Source: Rhizodiscina lignyota
Lineage: Eukaryota
NCBI GenBank assembly: GCA_010015805.1
Contig: ML978128.1
Coordinates: 186,001-250,000 of the forward strand
Direction: 5' to 3'
DNA length: 64,000 nucleotides
How positions within the stretch are numbered: the first letter of the stretch is position 1; every line of letters starts with the position of its first letter. Below are positions 11,151 to 20,220 of the stretch, piece after piece. The position numbers and the translations under genes were made by a program. The notes under the pieces were generated by a model. It did no database searches and had not been told where the DNA came from. It saw nothing but the letters and a program-made list of their open reading frames with translations.

Positions 11151-11210
11151 CGGAGATGCGCGGGGAAGGCAGGGGACTCGGTTCACTCTAAAAGACATCT
11201 CCGCCCTCCG
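11151..11210. promoter_or_regulatory. Candidate Zn2Cys6 binding sites upstream of the regulator gene
   Basis: CGGAGATG at 11151-11158 (+) and CGGAG-GG-CGGAGATG at 11196-11210 (-). Confidence 0.45.
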
Positions 11211-11312
11211 TCTGTCCACCGCGTTCAACCGCCGGGGTTTCAAGGACTTGAGTATCTTTGACGTAGCGCAGTGACGGTTTCATATCTCACTTTTCGAGAA
11301 CTGATCATCGGG

Positions 11313-13556
11313 ATGGCTGGACCCACGAACCGAAGAATGCCCCTGAGCTGCGAACCTTGTCGGGAGCGGAAAATACGATGTCCCCGGAACACGCCTGGCA
11401 CAGGCGGCTCTAGAGGGCCTTGCGAGACTTGTGTCCGTCGAGGAGTTCCGGCTTCAGACTGTATATACCTTCGCGATTTTGCGCAGCGACAGCCAGTGCG
11501 CCAGCCAAGTTCGGAGAACGCGAACCATGAGGAGCTCCTCGACCGCATTCGCGGTCTTGAAGAATTACTTCGCCGCCACGTTAGCGACAGTACTTCTAAC
11601 CCCGACAATGGAGCATGTATGGATGGACTGTCTTTATCTTCTGCTCCTGGTAATCTTAAAAGTGCAGGTCCAGGTGCGAGGATAACAAGCGCAGAAGCAG
11701 CCTATCTTTCCCCTGCATCTAGCAGCCAATCTTCAATTCCGACTATAGGGACCCTGGTGCGGTCTAAGACAGGCCATGAGCGCTACGAACCGTTCTCTTC
11801 AGTTTGGTCGTCGATCCTGAAGACCGATACGGTGACCAATGTGCTGGGTGCTGAAGCCGACGGACTTCAGGTTGAGTCTGAAATACCGATTGCAACGAAA
11901 GAAATCTCGAAGGAAGACTTGGTTTCTCTTCTCCCGCCAACAACCCAATGTGATGAGCTAAAGAATGTTTATTCTCAGGCCTTTGCACCTGTAAGTAGTA
12001 ACTACTAGCATTCCAGCTGTGTCTTACATTTTGTAGCTGTGGCATGTATTACATGATCCAACTTTGGACGAAGACTACTCTCGATTCCGGAGCGATCCCA
12101 GCAGTATGCCGTTGTCGTGGGTTGCGCTTCTCTTTGCGATCCTCAGTGTGGCTGTCACTGCACTCGACGAAGACGGGCCTCTCCTCCAGGATCTCGGGCG
12201 AAAGTCTAGCGCAGCGGCCAATGTATCTTCACTTACTTCTCGTTACCGATCTGCTGCTATGCAATGCCTTGACGCCGACCATTATCTGTGGCGACACAAT
12301 ATCTATACCTTGCAGACCTTGATAATTCTCATATACGGCATGAATCACAGCCACGGTCAGTCTTGGGCGCTACTTGGACTGACGAGAAATATCGCTCTAT
12401 CGCTTGGGTGTCATATCGATCCTGAAAATTTCGGACTCGATATAATTGCATCAGAAGAACGCCGAAGATGCTGGGCTGGACTCAATATGCTTTACACCAT
12501 TCAGAACACTGCCCTCGGGAATATCGATGCCACGCAAATACAGTCTCAAGTAAAGCTTCCACTGGACGTGGATGATGACGCCCTTGTGAGTATGGCCGAT
12601 GTGCCACCCGGACCAGGAACGGCACCCTCCCAGATGTCGTACCTCTTACACAAATTTCGTCTGTACGATATCTGCAGCCGAATTACCATCCAGCTCTTTT
12701 CCCAGAATACTGTAGCATCTTACGGTGCCATTTCAGCTCTGGATGCGGAGATCTCGGCGCAGCAAGACTCTTGGAACATCAAATACTTGGTCGATTCGCA
12801 GACGTCAAATCTACCAGTCCACCACGCTATTCATTTGAATGTTCTCTTCGGATACTCTCACCAGCTTTTCTTGCTTCTGCACAGACCAGTTCTAATGCAA
12901 GAACATTCCCCAGAAGCTCCTGCGCGATACACCACGAAGCAGATCATGGATTCTCGAAACAGGTGTATTGACAGCGCTCATGCACTGCTTGGCATTCAGA
13001 GAATGCTTGACGAAAGCGCAGAATTTCGTCCCTTCCGATGGTACAACAGAGGACTAGGCAGTTTCCACGCTTTCCATGCCGCCGTCCTTATTGCATACAT
13101 CTGCTCAACATGCTATGACCTCCAAGTAGATGTTATCCAAACTCTGCGTCGTGATCTGACCGACACTGTTGCTGTATTTGAACGGATTGCTGCAAGTGGT
13201 ATGAGTAGGATTTGTCAAAAAGCTTTACCTGTTCTAAGGAAGTTGTCGTGAGTTTAACATGCAGGACTGGATTGCCGTTATGTACTAACTCATATAGTAC
13301 AACCGCGCAAGAGAGATATGGTTTGGGATATCAACGAAACCATACCGCTACCTTTGCTATTTCTCCTCCACAATCGGAATCAAGCCAATCTGCCCCTCAT
13401 TTTTCACCTGTCGGACTTGGACTCCCACAGCAAGAAATCAATGCACTAGTTGGAAACATGCAGCCACAGCAATGGCTGTCTCCTTCGCAGATAAACTGGA
13501 ACGAGTGGGATTTCATGATAGACGGAAACATGCCACTCGCGGTCCCAGGAGCGTAA
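11313..13556 (+). CDS. Zn(II)2Cys6 fungal transcription factor with middle homology region
   Basis: CEPCRERKIRC-x13-CETC-x9-C; Fungal_trans-type SLGCHIDP...EERRRCWAGL. Exons 11313-11990, 12037-13247, 13298-13556. Confidence 0.93.
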
Positions 13557-13879
13557 AATATGAAGGAGCTAGTTTCCAGCGAGCGAACAGTCCCCAGAGC
13601 CACTCTACAGACCCTGTTACAGATCTCATATGCTCGCATCAATACTCATGGGTACTAACATTGAGTCCTGGAAAACCACCACCATCAACGCCTCAGGCCA
13701 CTAATTTGTCTCTCGAGAGCGCATAGTACAGTGGAGGCGATCAACACAGATCAAGCTCGATGGAATCGTGCAAAGTCAAGAAATACAGGCTAAAGCAAAC
13801 TTCCAGGCATGCTCTCGCCTGGCCTGAAGAGCAACACCCGAATTTACCTCGATATTTCAACCTTCACGTTCACATTTTC

Positions 13880-14697
13880 TTACTCTTCCTTGTGAAGCGG
13901 GAAGGTGGGAATGGTGAAAGGTGTAGTACCTCCTGAATATAGACCAGCGCAGCCCGCCCAATCTAGAATGGTTAGCTTTGGCATATGATGAGGCAGGAAA
14001 AAGTTTTCAGACTCACAACTCAGGACTGCGACAACATATCCTACGCCATATCCTGCAGTCGACACCTTCTCGTTCTGAACCATGAACCCGACAGCGAGCA
14101 AAAGTAGCGTTAGGTCCAGAAATGCTAGATCCAAGAAGAGAATCCAAGAGCTCCGGACGGCGGCGATCGTGAAGATGACAGTCAGGATAAACCATGCCCA
14201 GACATAAAGCGAGAGGGACTGCTGGAATTCTGGACTGATTGCTCCAGTCTTCGGATCGGTGTATGCAGCAATGATTCCGGATCCTGGGAGATAAATCATA
14301 GCATACGAGACATTGAAGGCTCCGTAGGAGCTGAACACCGTGGCGCCGAATGTATTGCCGGATACGAACTCCATGATTCCTACGATGTACTGGCATATAC
14401 CACCGAAGAAGATGAGGACTGAGATCATCACGTTCGGAGTTTGAATGCCGCGAGCATGTACACCGAAGCTTGAGATGAGGAACATGCCTAGCAATCTTCA
14501 GCTGAGAATGGGAGGTTGAGCTCATTCCTCTCACCTGTAGCAAAAGAGAGAAGCCCCAAAGGAGATGGGTTCGCCAATCGACGATGAACTATGGGTAGAG
14601 CGGGTTGGCTACGGTCTTCAATATGCCCTCCTGCTGTGCGCACTTGTTCCAAGTGCTGAGCATTGCCGTAGGCTTCGAGCTTGCTGTCATCACTCAT
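13880..14697 (-). CDS. GPR1/FUN34/YaaH (SatP/AceTr) family acetate/carboxylate channel
   Basis: ANPSPLGLLSFA signature, GNTFGATVFSSYGAF, six hydrophobic segments. Exons 14697-14535, 14487-14017, 13962-13880. Confidence 0.92.
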
Positions 14698-14935
14698 GAT
14701 TGCTTGTTGGATATTTGCTTGCTTCAGATTAAGATCACGACTCTTTCGAATTGTTCGAGAAATGTGGAGTCGGCTTTGAATTGCATAAGATGGAGACTCA
14801 GGAATAACAGCGGCAACGAGATTAATTCATGTTGACGTCCTACAGCTACTCATCGCCAATTAAACCTGCAACTTCTCTTGTGAGAAACAGGCTGAAGGGT
14901 GTTCTCCACCTTTCGCGACGCGGACTGCAAAGCGC

Positions 14936-14951
14936 CATCTCCGTCTCTCCG
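14936..14951 (-). promoter_or_regulatory. Candidate Zn2Cys6 binding site in the divergent transporter/FAH promoter
   Basis: Reverse complement reads CGGAG-AGA-CGGAGATG; a further CGGAGATC lies at 15077-15084. Confidence 0.45.
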
Positions 14952-15223
14952 AATTGGAGAAATCTATAAGATCAACTTCAATTTCACAACAATCCTGGGG
15001 TATTCCGAAATGGTTGTAGTGCAACCCCGCGATGTCCGCGCTTCGCCGCCCCTGCTCCCCGTCTTCGCATGCAGCTCGGAGATCTACCCGCCCACTGGGA
15101 CGCGTGCAAGAACGTCACTGACGCTGACAATTTTTTTTAAAATATTTGACATTGCTCCTCATGTTTCCAAACGTTCAATTACTTTTTCTTTGATACCCAA
15201 AACGTAGAGTATACAAGAGCACG

Positions 15224-17042
15224 ATGGGGTCACATACAGAACAACTCTCAAATTATGTCGCTTTCGTGGATCCTGAAGGGGACGAAAGAATTGGACACCT
15301 GAATTTGGATGAGAAAACTATTCAACCACTATCTTTCGTATCTGGTACTCCAATCAAGAACCTTTATCAAGTGATTGAGGCCGGCCCCTCAAATATCGCA
15401 GCTGCCGGCGACCCAATTCAAAGCTCTTCAGTGAAGGTGCTTCCGCCGATTTCAGGACGGGATGTTCTCGCTGTAGGGAAGAATTACATGGAGCATGCGA
15501 AAGAGTTCAATAGCTCAGGATACGACAGCTCAGACAAAGTCGATCAGCCAACCCACCCAGTCTTGTTCACGAAGCGAAGTAGCTCCATTATTGCCGATGG
15601 AGATGACATCTCTCCGCATCATAATCAATATACCGAAACTATTGATTATGAGGGCGAAGTTGGTGTCATTATTGGCAAACCTGGATATCGGATCAGTGAA
15701 CAAGATGCGTGGGATCATGTTTGGGGATATACAATCATCAACGACGTGACAGCGAGAGAACGCCAAAGAGACCATAAACAATTTTACATTGGCAAGTCAG
15801 GAGATACTTTCTGCCCCATGGTGAGCAAAGACATCCGTTCAAGTACAGTTCATAGCTGACATTTACAAGGGCCCTATTGCAGTGCCGAAAGAGAGGCTCC
15901 CGAAGCAGCTCCGAGTTCAAACGTTCGTCAATGGCGAGAAGAGGCAGGACGCAACTACAGACGATCTGATCTTCTCGGTCCCGGTTTTAATAAAGACCCT
16001 TTCGGAAGGAGCAACAGTGCAGCTTGGTGATGTGATTGCAACTGGAACTCCTGCTGGAGTAGGTTTCGGCCAGAAGCCTCCAACTTTTCTTCAGCCTGGA
16101 GACGAAGTCCAAATTTCTGTCACCGGCCTGGGTACTTTACGCAACAAGATTGGGTCCAGTTCCAAGGTCAATGGTACGACAGCCACCCTCCTAAAATCAG
16201 CCATACACCTCACGAATGGTGCAAAGTCGATCAATGGCCATGTTGGATTGACAAACATCAACTCGAAGCCGCTTCACTACAAACACCTCGGTTCGGGCGG
16301 TCCGTCGATCGTCTTTGTCCACGGGCTTGGTGGAACAATGGACTACTATACTCCATTAATTTCGTCTCTCTCTCTGACAGACTCTCACTCCCTTCATCTT
16401 TCGGACCTTGAAGGTCATGGCCTCAGCCCGACACACCCTCTCAGTGTGTTAAGCATTGAGTCCTTCGCCGCCGATATTGGCGGCGTATTTCAGCATGCAG
16501 GAGTTTCCGACTCGAACCCTGCAACTCTAGTCGCACATTCAATGGGTTGTCTTGCAGCCATGACCTTTGCTTTGAATAACCCGGCTCTCGTCAAGAAACT
16601 CATACTCATCGGGCCTCCACCATCTCCCCTCCCGGAAGCTGCGCAACAGGGCACTCATGCTCGTGCCATGACCGCTCGTACAAAGGGAATGGGCGGAGTA
16701 GTCGATGCCGTCGTAACTGCAGCAACATCGGATCAAACTAAGAGCACGAATCAATTGGCCGTTGCAGCTGCGCGATTAAGTCTTCTTGGGCAGGATCCAG
16801 AGGGTTACGCGAAGGCCTGCACCGCACTTGCTGGCGCAACCAAGACCTTAAGTGTGGAAGACCTTAAGGCTGAGACTCTTCTCATTACTGGAGATGCTGA
16901 CAAGGTATCCCCACCCGCGCTGGTCGAGAAGTACAGCAGCCGTATTCCGAATGCGCGCCATGCCATTCTCGACGGCTGCGGACACTGGCACAACTTTGAG
17001 AACTTGTCTGGCGTTGTTGAGGCTGTCAAAGGGTTTCTCTAA
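15224..17042 (+). CDS. Fumarylacetoacetate hydrolase-family domain fused to an alpha/beta hydrolase (enol-lactonase-like), about 589 aa
   Basis: FAH motifs VGKNY..H..E, DYEGEVG, NDVTAR, GKSGDTFCPMGP, GDVIATGTPAGVG. Hydrolase motifs HGLGG, AHSMG, GDADKVSP, GHWHNFE. Intron 15821-15869 joins the two listed ORFs in frame. Confidence 0.92.
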
Positions 17043-17128
17043 TTTCGTTCGATAGAATTTGTGTTATCTAGGGATTGCTGAGCACGGCTTCCTCCTTCCT
17101 CGGAATTCATAATTAGATTTCTAGCGTA

Positions 17129-17593
17129 TCACCATTCGTCTCTACTCCGAAACCCACTTAGTCCAACAAATCTTGGTCGCTCCTTGAATTTGTTCTCTAC
17201 CCCTTCAGTCCTGCCTATCCGCAACGCCCTGCCGTATTGTTCCATTTCGCCTTCCCCGTGAAAGCGCCAAAATTGCCATGAACAGTCAGATCCTCCAAAT
17301 GGTTCTAAGACGTCCACGCCGCCTGGATGCTCTGCAGCAAAAGAAGTACAATCGTAAACAACTCCGTCAATAACCAGCCACAAACGGTCTTCTCCCGCGG
17401 AGCGACGTACGCGTTTTGCGTCAATGATGGGAAGATCGTTATTGGATATTGATGGGGAGACTGGACGGTACAGCGACAACGCATTGATATCTTCGATAAG
17501 CGTCGTCGAAACCTCTTTCTGGTCTATTTCTGCAGAAAGTGGTTGTCGTGGTAGCTTTTCCGGCGCCTTGAAGTTTTTGTGAATCCAGCCCAT
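17129..17593 (-). CDS. Stand-alone cytochrome b5-like heme-binding protein
   Basis: LWLVIDGVVYDCTSFAAEHPGG and FWRFH heme ligands. Start ATG 17593 (alternative 17629); no C-terminal membrane anchor. Confidence 0.85.
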   Translation of the reverse strand: MGWIHKNFKAPEKLPRQPLSAEIDQKEVSTTLIEDINALSLYRPVSPSISNNDLPIIDAKRVRRSAGEDRLWLVIDGVVYDCTSFAAEHPGGVDVLEPFGGSDCSWQFWRFHGEGEMEQYGRALRIGRTEGVENKFKERPRFVGLSGFRSRDEW

Positions 17594-17745
17594 GGTTTCG
17601 GCGAATTTCGGACTGAAAGGTATTGACATTCTCGACCGCAACATTGAGAACAGCGTGATTGCTCGGCAAAATAGATATTTACGCGAGAACTTGATAATAG
17701 CATGCTGACAATGACGCAGATCGGCGGCAGCGAAGTGTGGGGAAG

Positions 17746-17762
17746 CGGAGCAGGCGGAGATG
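17746..17762 (+). promoter_or_regulatory. Candidate Zn2Cys6 binding site in the divergent cytochrome b5/amidohydrolase promoter
   Basis: CGGAG-CAGG-CGGAGATG. Confidence 0.45.
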
Positions 17763-17961
17763 ATCCCCCAGGTTCTCCACACTGCGGAGAAGGCATGATC
17801 GCAACGCCGCTGACATCCACTGAGGTGTGGATGCTAATTCAGGCTGCAGAGGGGTTAAATCGAAGAGAGCATATGATGAAGATGCAATATCTTTGCTTGT
17901 TTACGCCGCCGCAAAGCGATCCACTAATCTACAGTAAACGCAAAAAGTGACAGTGAACGAA

Positions 17962-19734
17962 ATGGCACCTGCAAGAGTCGTCAATACCGGCGTATCATGG
18001 CATCAAGGGCCTCACTCGGAGCCTGCAGAGCCTTACGATGGCCCTCCCCGCAACGTGGAATATATCGAGAATCTACAACTAGATCCTGAACTCCAACCAA
18101 AGAATTACGAAATTGCTGGAACGCACCCTGATTCCAAGATCCTTTTCAAAGACGTCAATATCATAGATTCTACGGGCAGGGAACCTTACACCGGTGATGT
18201 CCTGATTGAAGGTCAGTCCATTGCAGCGTTGTGCTGTATATCTCGGACAAGGTACTCACTTGCGATAGGCGAAAGAATCGTTGCAGTCGGAGAAGTCAAA
18301 AACAAAGAAGCTCTCGAAAGGAATCCGAAATGCAGAGTGTTCAATGGAAAAGGAAGGACTCTCATGTCTGGTATGGGTGATAGCCATACCCACTTCACCT
18401 GGAACGGAGGCGATCTGGCGACACTGGGCCAACTGGGCGTGGAGGAGCATGTTCTCTTAACCATGAAGAGCGCTCAATGTTTTCTTGATTCTGGATTCAC
18501 AATGTAAGCTGCCACCTTGGCCCTAGCGAGGCATTCATCTAAAGTATCTCAGGTGCTTCGGAGCAGCGTCTGCGAAGGATCGACTCGATGTGGTCATCAG
18601 AGACGCGATAAATGCAGGAGACATCCCAGGCCCGCGGTATCTGGCGAATGCTAAGGAGATTGCAAAGCCTCAAGGCGAACTAGAGCCTGGTATAACCGCT
18701 TTTGCTGATGGACCGGATCGTACGTCACACGCTCTTCTCCATACTACCTACCGAAGCTGATGTGTTCGTAGAAATGCGGGAAACGATTCGACATCACATC
18801 GAAGATATTGGGGCCGACAACATCAAGCTGAGTATGTCAGGTGAAGAGATCTGCGAGACTCGATCCGCAGAAGATTGCTACTACACGGACGAGGAGACAG
18901 CAGCCTGTGTAGATGAAGCGCACAAGCATAAGAAGCGCTTGTGTGCACATGCACGAGCCCGCGATTCGGTAACGATGTGCCTTAAACATGGTGTTGATGT
19001 CATATATCATGCATCACACGTCGATGATGAGGGTAAGAGGTCCATGTGTGATTCCATTGCTTGACGTGGAGTATGCACTAACCATCATTTTGAAGGGATG
19101 GACATGATGGAGAAGCTGAAGCATAGAACATTTGTTGCTCCTGCGATTAACTGGTTAGTTGCCACGCTTTTCGAAGCGGAAGCATTTGGCTATACTCATG
19201 ATAAGGCGGAGAAGGTTGGGTATGGACGAGAGCTTGATATAGCCGTGGCTGGACTGCGAGAAATGCACCGACGTGGAGTTATCGTGTTACCCGGAGGGTA
19301 AGCTGAACAGTATTCCTATTCAGGATGCGACTGACAAATCAAGGGACTATGGCTTCGCCTGGACACCTCACGGAACATATGCGCGCGACCTCGAACACTT
19401 TGTCAACCTACTGGGGTTCACTCCGCACGAGAGTATCATTGCAGCCACTGCTGGAGTTGCTGCACTCATGATGAGAGGGCATGAACTGGGCAAGATACAG
19501 CCTGGGTATTACGGAGATTGCATCCTGGTTGACGGTGATCCTCTAAAGGATATCAGTGTCCTGCAAGATCATGACAAACTAAACATCATTGTCATCAACG
19601 GCAGAGTGCACAAGGCGGGACGGAAGGAGTATCTTACGGATGGAAAGGCTGGCCTGTCTGTTGGTGTGGACAGTACCAAGCACCTGACATCTGACTTTCC
19701 TGAAGTAAAGCCAGCGATGCAGAAGGCCTACTGA
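17962..19734 (+). CDS. Metal-dependent amidohydrolase (TIM barrel; prolidase-like/carboxypeptidase subgroup)
   Basis: GDSHTH (HxH), IKLS (Lys), CAHAR, IYHAS, GGDYG (Asp), GKIQPGYYGD. Introns 18212-18268, 18504-18552, 18720-18771, 19033-19095, 19298-19343. Confidence 0.92.
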
Positions 19735-20220
19735 TGAGTACAATTGCGATGTCAACAGGACATTGGAGTATTTAAAGCGATTCGTGTGATATACTTTGAT
19801 ACAATCTATGTAGTTACCAAGTAGGAGAGCAAAATTTCCAAGTCAGCGCATGCGAGATGATGAGCTCCTCACAAACCTCAAGTCGAACTTCCACACACGC
19901 GCAGGAGAGATGGTCCAAGCTATTTTGCCTGTCAAATACGATGCTGATAAAGCAATTGTCTGCAGATACGCAGTTTCTAGATAGCCTCACGCCATTCTTC
20001 AGCAGCGTGCGCAACATAAAAGTTTAGTCGTTAGACTTAATAGAATTGACAATACCCTCTAATGCAGGATGAATGAGTACAAGCCACCCATGCTGAAAAA
20101 TGCACCAACAAAGCCTCCCAAAACAATGCAATGCGATCTTCAATGCAATCCAAATTAAGGAAAGAGCGTCTATGATCTTCTGCATCACCTCTATCATTCT
20201 CGACCAAGAGCATTACAGCT

